The position numbers and the translations under genes are program-made. From a virus (lineage: Duplodnaviria > Caudoviricetes): a DNA stretch of 28,240 nucleotides. Positions 1 to 8,802 of the stretch are shown here, piece by piece; position 1 is the first letter of the stretch, and every line of letters starts with the position of its first letter. Where the stretch lies: positions 1 through 28,240 of the IMG/VR virus record IMGVR_UViG_3300020042_010164; one strand, written 5' to 3'. The notes beneath the pieces are model-generated. The model searched no databases. It was given only the letters and a program-made list of their open reading frames with translations, and was not told the DNA's origin.

Positions 1-2
1 GG

Positions 3-1454
3 GAGGATGTGGTTGATGGCGACGTATTGGTTGATGGAGACGAATTGGTGGATGGAGACGAATTGGTTGATGGAGACGAATTGGTGGATGGAGACGAATT
101 GGTGGATGAAGACGAATTGGTGGATGGGGACGAATTGGTGGATGGAGACGAATTGGTGGATGAAGACGAATTGGTGGATGGGGACGAATTGGTGGATGAA
201 GACGAATTGGTGGACGAAGACGAATTGGTGGACGAAGACGAATTGGTGGACGAAGACGAATTGGTGGACGAAGAACGCGAAGACCTCTGCGACCCGGGAT
301 TCCACGATGATGGGACCGGGTTCTGCGTACCAGACGATGATGAAGAACCGATAGATGATGGACTGATCGGCAATGATTTGGTCGACGAAGAAGAGGAGGA
401 AGACGACGAAGAGGAGGAAGACGACGAAGAGGAAGACCTCTGCGAACCGGGTTTTCACGATGACGGCACTGGGTTCTGCGTACCGGACGATGACGGACCT
501 GAGCTAGAAGGTGATCTGGAGGAACCGACAGATGAGGACGAAGAGGAAGACCTCTGCGAACCGGGTTTTCACGATGATGGTACCGGATTCTGCATACCGG
601 ACGATGACGGGCCGGAATTAGATGGTGATCTGGAGGAACCGACAGACGAAGAAGAAGATAATCAATGCGAACCGGGTTTCCATGACGATGGGACCGGATT
701 CTGCATACCGGACGACGACGTAGAAGAGGAAGAAGAGAAAGATCCGGCGAAGAAGCTTAAGCCCATAAAGATTCCGAAACTATCGGGCGGCAGTGACAAC
801 TATCTCCGTCGTCCACCAAAAGGGCTAATACCAAAGACTTCCGGCGGCGGTGGTTCAAACATTTTTAGCGCACCTTCGACGCCCGCGAAGTCGGCGTCCC
901 CTCTCGCAATTAGCGCCTTAGGCGCAGGTAGTGGATTAGCAGAAACATGGCTTGGAGGTAACAACAGAATGACTTCATTTATAAACCCACTGTCGTACGA
1001 AGGCGGGGACGGGGGTGATAGTTTCGATGTAGACCCGATCGAGGATAATCAAGCTCGTTTTCAATCGGGCAACGATTACTACGCGTACGGGAACGAGCCA
1101 ACACCGGAAAACGTAATGAAACCTTTCTCGCAATTCGCGAGAGGTGGTGGCGTTATGAATTCCCCTCTGATGGCTGCAGCGCGTGGAGGCGGTGTACCAC
1201 ACAAAGGGTCCCATTACGTACAAGGTGCGGGGGGTGGACAAGATGACCTCATAGATGCTAAACTCGCGGATGGTGAATACGTGTTCGACGCCGACATCGT
1301 CGCCTCGCTCGGTGATGGATCTAATCGCAGGGGAGCGGAAATTCTGGATAGATTTAGGGAACAAATACGGAAACACAAACGGTCAGCGGGTCGCGACGAG
1401 ATCCCGCCACCGGCTAAGTCCCCGTTGGCATACCTGAAAGAGGTGAAGAAATGA
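3..1454 (+). CDS. Highly acidic repeat-rich virion/ejection-associated protein (5' truncated by window edge)
   Basis: Frame is open from position 3. Contains (VD[G/E]DEL)14, four CxPGFHDDGTGFC repeats, FARGGGV/AARGGGV motifs and a C-terminal GAGGGQDDLIDAKLADGEYV domain resembling the GxGTSDSIPAxLSxGE motif of phage virion proteins. Stop overlaps the next ATG (ATGA). Confidence 0.6.
   Translation, partial: EDVVDGDVLVDGDELVDGDELVDGDELVDGDELVDEDELVDGDELVDGDELVDEDELVDGDELVDEDELVDEDELVDEDELVDEDELVDEEREDLCDPGFHDDGTGFCVPDDDEEPIDDGLIGNDLVDEEEEEDDEEEEDDEEEDLCEPGFHDDGTGFCVPDDDGPELEGDLEEPTDEDEEEDLCEPGFHDDGTGFCIPDDDGPELDGDLEEPTDEEEDNQCEPGFHDDGTGFCIPDDDVEEEEEKDPAKKLKPIKIPKLSGGSDNYLRRPPKGLIPKTSGGGGSNIFSAPSTPAKSASPLAISALGAGSGLAETWLGGNNRMTSFINPLSYEGGDGGDSFDVDPIEDNQARFQSGNDYYAYGNEPTPENVMKPFSQFARGGGVMNSPLMAAARGGGVPHKGSHYVQGAGGGQDDLIDAKLADGEYVFDADIVASLGDGSNRRGAEILDRFREQIRKHKRSAGRDEIPPPAKSPLAYLKEVKK
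12..272 (+). repeat. 18-bp tandem repeat, 14 full units plus a partial, encoding VD[G/E]DEL
   Basis: GTGGA[T/C]G[G/A]AGACGAATTG-type units read directly from the sequence. Confidence 0.95.
282..720 (+). repeat. Four dispersed copies of a ~20-aa Cys-pair motif (DLCEPGFHDDGTGFC[V/I]PDDD)
   Basis: Copies begin near 282, 435, 549 and 660. Copies 2 to 4 are about 111-114 bp apart with shared acidic linkers. Confidence 0.9.
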
Positions 1455-2827
1455 GTGTACTGCAAGGCAAAGCGCTGCCAAACATCGATACGACGAAGAC
1501 TACGACCACTACAGGTCCGGATTTCTACAATACGTACCTAACTGACATAGCCAAGGTTGGTACTGACGCGATAGGTAGAACGGCAGAACAGAATGTGGCG
1601 GGGCTTACGGATCAGCAAAAAAACGCGATCAAGTCGGCCAGCAACATTACAGCCGGGGCCACTGACCTCACCGGGGCAAGATCGAGTTTGGCCACCGCCG
1701 GTGGTATATCTGCAGCCAGCGCAGCGGACCCGTACTTGAAAGACGGTACCGCAACATCGGTTAGCAACATACAAAGCTATTTGGACCCGTACCGCACGAA
1801 CGTGGTGGACGAAATCGGCAGACTCGGGTACCAAAACATTCAATCAAACATACTTCCGGGGCAAACCGGTCGGAGCGTGGCCGGGGGTGATTTCGGTTCG
1901 AGACGGGCCGAATCGATACTGGGACAGGTCAGTCGTGATGCGGCGCGGGATGTGCTTGGCACCCAAAGCGCCTCGCTCTCCTCCGGCTATAAATCCGCCG
2001 TTGACGCAGCGAGTCGGGATCTGCAGCGCCAGATCGAAGCGGCGAAAATCGCTGGGGACACAGCAACAGCTGATGCAACAAGTAGAAGGCTTGAAGCGAT
2101 CACCGGGAAAGACCTCGGCGTGGCCGCGAACGAGATGGAAATCAGAAATCTGGAGCAGCAGTACAAGTTCGGAGAACGAGAGCAGAAGTACAATCAAGAC
2201 ATCATGAACGAACCGCTGGTCACAGCGAAAAACGCCGCTGACCTGCTTGGTAATCTTAAAGTCGGCAGCACAGTCTCCGAGAAAGCCAGTGCCCCGATCC
2301 CCGGAGCCTACTCCAATTCACCGCTTTCGCAGCTGGCTGGTGTTGGTTCGCTGTTCGCTTCAGGTAAAGGTGGCCAATCCGCCATTGATGGTGTGTTGAA
2401 ATCGTTCCTTGGTGATACAAAGTTCAATGACCTGAAGACTAAAGGTCTGCTCGGTACCATAGTTGGAGCACTGCGGGGCGCGGATGATACCACCAAAGAA
2501 GTCACCAACACGGCCAAAGAAGGAGAGCCAGGGTTTGGGTGGAAATACTACACCGATGGTACCGCGATATCGCCCGACGGTGTTTACTATTACAAAGGCA
2601 AAGAGGTGTGGTCACCGGATCAAGCGGCTGGGGGTGATTCCGGGGGTGATTCTGGGGATGACGGCACTGGGGATGACGGCACTGGAGATGACGGCACTGG
2701 AGATGACGGCACTGGAGATGGTTCTGACACGGGTACTATTGTAGATGATACCGATGACCCATTCAACGACCCGGACAATTGGGAGGTGGACGCGGACGGG
2801 TACTACGTCTACGTCGGTCCGGGTTAA
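1451..2827 (+). CDS. Putative internal virion / DNA-ejection (pilot-type) protein
   Basis: Ala/Gly/Thr/Gln-rich 458 aa. AGGDFGSRR resembles the AGAFGGSR motif common in podoviral DNA-transfer proteins. Acidic GDDGT-repeat tail. GAGGTG RBS. Confidence 0.55.
   Translation: MSVLQGKALPNIDTTKTTTTTGPDFYNTYLTDIAKVGTDAIGRTAEQNVAGLTDQQKNAIKSASNITAGATDLTGARSSLATAGGISAASAADPYLKDGTATSVSNIQSYLDPYRTNVVDEIGRLGYQNIQSNILPGQTGRSVAGGDFGSRRAESILGQVSRDAARDVLGTQSASLSSGYKSAVDAASRDLQRQIEAAKIAGDTATADATSRRLEAITGKDLGVAANEMEIRNLEQQYKFGEREQKYNQDIMNEPLVTAKNAADLLGNLKVGSTVSEKASAPIPGAYSNSPLSQLAGVGSLFASGKGGQSAIDGVLKSFLGDTKFNDLKTKGLLGTIVGALRGADDTTKEVTNTAKEGEPGFGWKYYTDGTAISPDGVYYYKGKEVWSPDQAAGGDSGGDSGDDGTGDDGTGDDGTGDDGTGDGSDTGTIVDDTDDPFNDPDNWEVDADGYYVYVGPG
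2654..2713 (+). repeat. 15-bp tandem repeat x4 encoding GDDGT
   Basis: GG[G/A]GATGACGGCACT four times. Confidence 0.95.
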
Positions 2828-2852
2828 ACAGTAACGGCTAAGAGGTAATCAA

Positions 2853-4703
2853 ATGGCAAACGAAACCGAAACGAACGACGCCTACAGCCCGCTACTGGCG
2901 AAGATGCTGAACATAGCACCGGACGCAAAAGGGCTGTCGCTCGCAGCGCTTGGCCGACAAGCATTGGGGGCGGACTCGGAAGAATACGCGGCGGCCAAAG
3001 CCGAAGTGGACGCGGCACGCCTAGCTATGGTCGAAGCACTGAAGTCCAGACAGACAGGCCCGGACCAATCCATGCTGGCACTGGCGCAAGGATTCCTAGC
3101 GCCCACGAGGACGGGGTCTTTTGGAGAATCGTTAGGAGCGGCTACGGGTAAGTACTCGGAAGCTCAACGGGCAGAAGCGGAGAACTCGCGAGAGATGGCG
3201 AAACTGCGGTACGAATTGGCCAAGGCGGGGATGTCCGAAACCACCGAGGCAGCGAAGCTCGGCCTAAACGTGGCCTCGAAGCTGACGCCCCAGATGACCG
3301 CGATGCAAAAGCAAGTGCGGGCTGAAGGGATAGACCCCACCTCGCCTGCAGGTGTCGCTAGACTGAAGGAGTTGACCGCAGTTGGGCAAGCTACACCCGA
3401 GATGAAAGCGTTCGCGGCGAGATCCGGGTTGTCGGTGACTGACCCCACATTCGCGGCCAAGTTCGACGCATTCGAGAGGAACAAGCCGCTGGCCGACATC
3501 GCGACTAGAGAGGGGCTCGACCTGAACGATCCGGAACAGCTGGCTAAAGCCCGGAGAATACAGCAAGCTTCGAGCGCTCGAACAACGATGCCCGAGATTG
3601 CCAAGGTGTTGGAAGAGATCGGGGGCGATATAAACAATCCAGTGGATGTGACTAGAGCCCGGGACATACTGCAAAGGCGCACGATGCGCACCGAGAATCC
3701 GGCTGTTGTCAAGATTCTGGAAGAGTTCGGGGGTGACGTTAACAAACCGGCAGATCTGGATCGTGCTCGTAGGTTGCTGCAGCAGCGATCAGCACGCAGT
3801 GACAGCCCGGAAATAGCGAAAATAATCGAGCAGACCGGGGGTGATATTAACAACCCAGCTGACGTTAAGAAAGCTCAGGGGATTCTAGCAGCAGCGGAGA
3901 GGACCAAGAGGGATCAAGCTGCAGCAACGCTGGCTCAAACCACCGTGTCTACTGAAAGAACGCGACAGGAAATCGAAGCGGCTAAACGAAGCAAAACAGA
4001 AGGTACTGGGACAGGGGCAGCACCTGCGGCTCCCGTGCCCGTGAACGTGCGTAACGGCGTCCCTGTAGCGTCCGTCGACAAATATGCGGGAATGACGCCT
4101 AAAGAGGCATCGGATGCTCGACGGAAAGACAAAGAAGAAGCGGACAAGTTCATTCGAGACAAGGTCGCACCGTTTATGGGTACGGTCGATGGGGATATCG
4201 ACAGCTTGAAGCGGGCACTGGCGCTTAACTCGCAGATCAGCACGGGCGTAACCTATGGCCTCCCCTATGTGGGTGGTGCCGCAAAGGTTCTGTCCGGTGA
4301 CCGTGCCAAGATCAACGAGTTCGACGCGCTAGCGGCGCTCTCCGCGAAGCAAAACCGTATTCCGGGAGACTCCAATGTGTCGAACCTTGATGTCAAGATG
4401 ATGCAACTCGGGACATTCAGTTCGGACAAGGAACCGATAACGAACAAGACCATCATTGAGTTCCAACTGGCGCAGCGCGAGCGCGATCGGGACTTCAACT
4501 CTTTTTTATCCAATTATGCGTCCGTGAATGGGCGGATTGACGCGGAGGCGCAAAGCCAATGGCGCAGGTATTTGGACGCGAACCCGATCACCACCCGCGA
4601 CGCTAAAGGTAGGGTGCAACTGAACCCGAATCGGATGACCTATCAACAGTATTTCACCATGCCCCGAGTGCAGGTGGATGCGCAAGGCCGGGAGGCAAGA
4701 TAA
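2853..4703 (+). CDS. Putative internal virion / ejection protein with 36-aa internal repeats
   Basis: 616 aa, helical Ala-rich. N-terminal LAQGFLAPTRTGSFGESLG. PEIAKxxExxGGDxNxPxD repeats at 3591, 3699 and 3807. Sits between similar genes. Confidence 0.55.
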   Translation: MANETETNDAYSPLLAKMLNIAPDAKGLSLAALGRQALGADSEEYAAAKAEVDAARLAMVEALKSRQTGPDQSMLALAQGFLAPTRTGSFGESLGAATGKYSEAQRAEAENSREMAKLRYELAKAGMSETTEAAKLGLNVASKLTPQMTAMQKQVRAEGIDPTSPAGVARLKELTAVGQATPEMKAFAARSGLSVTDPTFAAKFDAFERNKPLADIATREGLDLNDPEQLAKARRIQQASSARTTMPEIAKVLEEIGGDINNPVDVTRARDILQRRTMRTENPAVVKILEEFGGDVNKPADLDRARRLLQQRSARSDSPEIAKIIEQTGGDINNPADVKKAQGILAAAERTKRDQAAATLAQTTVSTERTRQEIEAAKRSKTEGTGTGAAPAAPVPVNVRNGVPVASVDKYAGMTPKEASDARRKDKEEADKFIRDKVAPFMGTVDGDIDSLKRALALNSQISTGVTYGLPYVGGAAKVLSGDRAKINEFDALAALSAKQNRIPGDSNVSNLDVKMMQLGTFSSDKEPITNKTIIEFQLAQRERDRDFNSFLSNYASVNGRIDAEAQSQWRRYLDANPITTRDAKGRVQLNPNRMTYQQYFTMPRVQVDAQGREAR

Positions 4704-6829
4704 TGGCGATCGAACGAGTAATCAACGGGGTGGTGTACGAGTTCCCCGATGGCACCCCTGCTGCAGTCATCAACCGGTTCCAAGCGCAGAAGATGAACGA
4801 GTCCACCGGCGCAGCGTTTGTACCACCGAGTCAAGGCAGGAAAGCCCCGACCCCGATGGCTGCGCCTCCCGACCGTCCCCGACCCCTGCTTCCGAACGCC
4901 GCTGGTGCCGGTCTGCAAGGCCTTACTTTCGGTTTTTCCGATGAAGCCATTGCGCGAATGCGGTCTTCGATGGACCCGAGGAGTGGGCGCAAAAACATGT
5001 CGAACCTCGTTACCGGCGAATCCGCTCCGGGGAGCTACGAGTCGTACCTTAAAGCCGAACGGGAGGGATTGCGCAAATACGGTGAAGAAAACCCGATCGC
5101 GTCCACCACAGCGGAACTAGCGGGCGGGATCGCACCAGCACTGGTTACGGGGGGTGCAGCGGCTGTACCGGCTGTGGCACGAGCGGTGGGGCCGAAGGTA
5201 GCCGGGTTGATGTCCGGCGCTACCCCCAGTATTCGCAGGATGATGGGGTACGGAGCGGGCTCCGGTGCCGCATCCGCCGTGGGTACGAGCGAAAAGTCAC
5301 TCGCCGAATTGCCCGGTGAAGCCGTCCGGGGTGCCACCACCGGTGCTCTGCTCACCGGGACGCTGGGTGCTGCCGGTAAATACGTGGCCTCACCACTTTA
5401 CCAACGGCTTAAACGGTCGCTCGGGTTCGGCGATAGCAACAAGATGGCCGACCTCGCGATTACGAAAGCGTTGGAAAAAGACGGCCTGTCGGTCGAGGAC
5501 GCTGTGAACGCTATTAACGCAATGTCACGCGGCCAAGGCACACTGGCGGATTTGGGTGAAAACACCGCAGCGCTACTGCGGAGAGCAACGTCCGCGCCCG
5601 GTGCTGCACGAAATGTGGCCAAAGACACGTTGGTGAACCGAGAGATGGGGAGGATTCCGCGAGTAAGCGAAGATTTGCGCACGCTGATGTCGGGGTCGCG
5701 GGACTTTTACACCGACGTGACCGATTTGATTAAAAAGCGTTCGGACGACGCCAAGGCGCTTTACGACAGCGCATGGGCATCCTCCCCGACATTCAACCCG
5801 CAAACGGCTCCCGATATTGCACGCCTCCAGAACCTCCCCTCGTTCCAAGCAGCGATGAAAGGTGGCGCACGCCGCATGGCCGACCAAGGCTTGGATATCA
5901 CGGACCCTAAAAACACACTGCGGGGGTTGCACGAAACGAAAATGGAACTCGACGACATGATCGAGAAGGCGCTTACGAGCGACCGCACGGCGAATCAAGC
6001 CCGCATACTGATGGGGATCAAAGAACGGCTACTTAAGGACATGGAAAAGGCCTCGCCCGAGTACCAAGCAGCACGACTGGAATTCGCGGGCGATTCCGAA
6101 ATGCTGGCGGCATTGAAAGAGGGCCAACGGATTTACCAGCTGCCGGAACCCGAAATGCGCAAGATGATACAGCGTTTCTCAGGTAGCCCATCCGAGTACG
6201 ACGCGTTCCGTGCGGGTATCTCGCAAGCCATGCTTGAAAAGCTCCGCACCAGCGGCGCGTCATCCGACCCGTTCAGAACGGTGCTTGGGAAAGACTCGGA
6301 GGACAAGATTCGCCGCGCATTCAGGGATGACGGAGCGTTCGAAGAGTTCAAGAAGCGGTTGATAGAAGAGGCGCAGATGCTGCGGACGGAGAAGGCCGGG
6401 TTCAGGAAAACACCGGTCGATACGGACCTCGACGCTGGCGCGAGTGCGGTGGGTGCCGCCACAAGGCTTGCCACGGGTAGCCCGATCGGGGCGGCGACGG
6501 AGGCGGTTCAAGCCATGGTACCCCGGATGGCTGGGTTCAGTCCTAGCGTCGCACAACCAACGGTCGAGAAGCTGACTACCCCGGGCTTGGGACTACAGCC
6601 CGTGATCGATAGCATCATGGCGAGCCTGAAACAACAGGAGCAGATGCTGGTGAAAGCTTCCACAGCGGGAAACGTAGGCGCTGCAGCCACAGGCGCTGCG
6701 GGTGCTCGTCGTGGCATTCCGGAGCAGTACCCAGAAGACACGGGGGGCGAACCACAACCGCAAGGGGGTCAGGGAGGCCTGCCGCAGGGTCTCCCGAACG
6801 CTCCGCAACCCGCACCGGTAACCCAATAG
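4703..6829 (+). CDS. Putative large DNA-injection / internal virion protein
   Basis: 708 aa. YEFPDGT N-terminus, QGLTFGFSDE motif and Gly/Ala-rich hydrophobic segments typical of podoviral injection proteins. TAATG coupling to the upstream gene. Confidence 0.6.
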   Translation: MAIERVINGVVYEFPDGTPAAVINRFQAQKMNESTGAAFVPPSQGRKAPTPMAAPPDRPRPLLPNAAGAGLQGLTFGFSDEAIARMRSSMDPRSGRKNMSNLVTGESAPGSYESYLKAEREGLRKYGEENPIASTTAELAGGIAPALVTGGAAAVPAVARAVGPKVAGLMSGATPSIRRMMGYGAGSGAASAVGTSEKSLAELPGEAVRGATTGALLTGTLGAAGKYVASPLYQRLKRSLGFGDSNKMADLAITKALEKDGLSVEDAVNAINAMSRGQGTLADLGENTAALLRRATSAPGAARNVAKDTLVNREMGRIPRVSEDLRTLMSGSRDFYTDVTDLIKKRSDDAKALYDSAWASSPTFNPQTAPDIARLQNLPSFQAAMKGGARRMADQGLDITDPKNTLRGLHETKMELDDMIEKALTSDRTANQARILMGIKERLLKDMEKASPEYQAARLEFAGDSEMLAALKEGQRIYQLPEPEMRKMIQRFSGSPSEYDAFRAGISQAMLEKLRTSGASSDPFRTVLGKDSEDKIRRAFRDDGAFEEFKKRLIEEAQMLRTEKAGFRKTPVDTDLDAGASAVGAATRLATGSPIGAATEAVQAMVPRMAGFSPSVAQPTVEKLTTPGLGLQPVIDSIMASLKQQEQMLVKASTAGNVGAAATGAAGARRGIPEQYPEDTGGEPQPQGGQGGLPQGLPNAPQPAPVTQ

Positions 6830-6910
6830 CCACAGGGTGTCTAAGAGCCTCGGAGAGGGCTTACACGGAACTTACATGCGCATACACGAGAAGACCCAAC
6901 GGGATCTTTA

Positions 6911-7149
6911 CGTTACATTATTATGTAACGGCGTCTGGAACAGCCGATAAGCCGAGAGCCCGCGTCGTTCGGGACTCCGGTGGTTCTTGTTCCATTGTTC
7001 CATCTGTTACATCTATATACTATATGCCGGGTTACGGAGCACAGCATTAATTCCCCCGCGTGCGCGTGTAACGATGTAACAGAATACCTGTTCTTCGAAT
7101 GGGAGGGGGTGTTCCATCATGTGTTCCATTGCAATGGAACGGTGGAACA
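6911..7149. repeat. Octamer-box (RTGKAACR) array, copy A; candidate origin or protein-binding array
   Basis: Eleven boxes in both orientations at 6911, 6923, 6988, 6996, 7005, 7066, 7074, 7110, 7122, 7134 and 7142. TCGAATGGGA core at 7095. Perfect 18-bp palindrome GTTCCATTGCAATGGAAC at 7123-7140. Confidence 0.8.
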
Positions 7150-7160
7150 AACTGGTGCGG

Positions 7161-7189
7161 TTGTTGTTCCGATGGCGAGATGATATAAT
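7161..7189 (+). promoter_or_regulatory. Sigma70-like promoter for the primase operon
   Basis: TTGTTG-17 nt-TATAAT with extended -10 TG. ATAGAGG RBS at 7222. Confidence 0.6.
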
Positions 7190-7239
7190 TATAACAGCCC
7201 ACGGAAGTGGAGTCAATAACCATAGAGGAAGAGGCGAAT

Positions 7240-8802
7240 ATGACGAGTCTAGCGGAAGACTTCGCGCAGTTGTTTTCGGGTAACTTACGCAGTTACGGTC
7301 AGTGGGACCCGGCTACCGGGAACATGATCACTGAGAAGCAAGAGGTGAAGCCCGGGTGTTATTCCGATCACTTGGACGGTAAGATGGGCTTGGGCGTGGT
7401 ACCCATCACTGACGGCGGTACGGTGATGTTCGGGTGCATCGACGTGGACAACCACGGCAAGGGTGCGGACGGGTCCGATATCGACCTAGCTGCGCTGGCG
7501 GCGAAAATTGATCACTACCGGCTACCCTTGGTGCCGACCCGTTCCAAGAGTGGTGGTGCGCACTTGTACCTGTTCGGGCAGGAATACCTCCCCGCCAAGT
7601 TGGTGATCCGGCTGCTTAACAGTTGGCGGGATGTGCTCCAAATCACGCACCATGTGGACATATTCCCCAAGCAGGACTCGCTCGTGACGTCCAGTGGTGA
7701 AAAATCGCTGGGCAACTGGATCAACCTTTGCTACTTCGACACCGAGAACACCGTGCGATTCGCAGTCGACGAGCGCGGCAACCGGTTGTCGTTCGAATTG
7801 TTCGTGTCCTACGCTCAATCAAAACGTGTGACCGTCGAGCAGCTGCAAGAAATGGCGCAGCGCGAGCACTTGGAAGCGCCCCCGTGCATCCAGAAGATGA
7901 TCCACACCGGCGTGGAGTCGGGTTCGCGGAACGAGGCGATGTACAACGTCACCGTCTACCTGAAGCGTGCACGCCCCGACTCGTTTTTCGACGATGCGAT
8001 GGACCTGAACAAGACGATGTTCGACAAACCGCTCGGAGCAGCGGAGGCGAAGAAGGTGATTCGTTCCGCGTCACGGAGGGACTACCTGTATAAATGCAGC
8101 GAATCACCATGCAAGGATCTGTGCGACCGCAAGGTGTGCATTACGCGGGAATTCGGAATCTCGATGGACGAGATGAAAGACATGGACTCGCACGATTCGT
8201 TGCCGCAGTTCACCGAGCTTATCGAGTACCAGTCCGAACCGCCGAGGTGGGGGGTGCACGTGAACGGAAAGCTGATAGCGAACATACCCACTATTATCCT
8301 GCGCGACCCGGCAGCGATGGGAACCCTGATATTCGAAAAGCTTAAGATCAACATACCGAAGATCACGCAGGAGTCTTGGCGCAAGAGGGTGTTGGACCCG
8401 CTAATCCCCACGCTCCGGGTGATCGAGGTTCCTAAGGAGGCGTCTGCTGCGGGCGTCATTGCGTCGAAATTCAACGAGTTCGTTCAGAAGGCGGATCTGT
8501 CGAGCGATGGTACGAACATTGAAGACCGGAAGGCGCTCACCCGCAACATCCCGGTGGTGCAAGTCATAAGCGGGGTGAGGTGCATCGTATTTCGCGGCAC
8601 CGCGTTTAGCGAGTACCTGAAGCGGAATAAGGCCGAGGTGATGACCGGTATGGACCTTTGGACCACTCTACGTCGCGACTGTGGAGCGGACCACGACAAG
8701 ATGCGAATCCCGGGCGGTAAAGTGCTCAATGTGTGGTACGCACCAATAACTGAAGATCATGAGGTAAAAGTCGATGAACCCAAGTTCGATACAGAGTTCT
8801 GA
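7240..8802 (+). CDS. Archaeo-eukaryotic primase (AEP)-type DNA primase/primase-polymerase with PriCT-like and Cys-cluster domains
   Basis: AEP motif I (GCIDVD), motif II (SKSGGAHLY), DIFPKQ and GNWINL. GSRNE is PriCT-1-like. YKCxxxPCxxxCDRxxC. ATG at 7240 follows the RBS. Confidence 0.75.
   Translation: MTSLAEDFAQLFSGNLRSYGQWDPATGNMITEKQEVKPGCYSDHLDGKMGLGVVPITDGGTVMFGCIDVDNHGKGADGSDIDLAALAAKIDHYRLPLVPTRSKSGGAHLYLFGQEYLPAKLVIRLLNSWRDVLQITHHVDIFPKQDSLVTSSGEKSLGNWINLCYFDTENTVRFAVDERGNRLSFELFVSYAQSKRVTVEQLQEMAQREHLEAPPCIQKMIHTGVESGSRNEAMYNVTVYLKRARPDSFFDDAMDLNKTMFDKPLGAAEAKKVIRSASRRDYLYKCSESPCKDLCDRKVCITREFGISMDEMKDMDSHDSLPQFTELIEYQSEPPRWGVHVNGKLIANIPTIILRDPAAMGTLIFEKLKINIPKITQESWRKRVLDPLIPTLRVIEVPKEASAAGVIASKFNEFVQKADLSSDGTNIEDRKALTRNIPVVQVISGVRCIVFRGTAFSEYLKRNKAEVMTGMDLWTTLRRDCGADHDKMRIPGGKVLNVWYAPITEDHEVKVDEPKFDTEF

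Noticed and set aside
7-354. METNWW-repeat ORF
   Set aside because: It is an alternate-frame reading of the 18-bp repeat. The acidic frame continues into a conserved domain and couples to the next gene.
6841-6865. Terminator after the structural module
   Set aside because: Only a weak, imperfect stem with no U-tract.
6980-7216. Short ORFs over octamer array A
   Set aside because: No RBS or recognisable motifs. The sequence is explained by the DNA box architecture.
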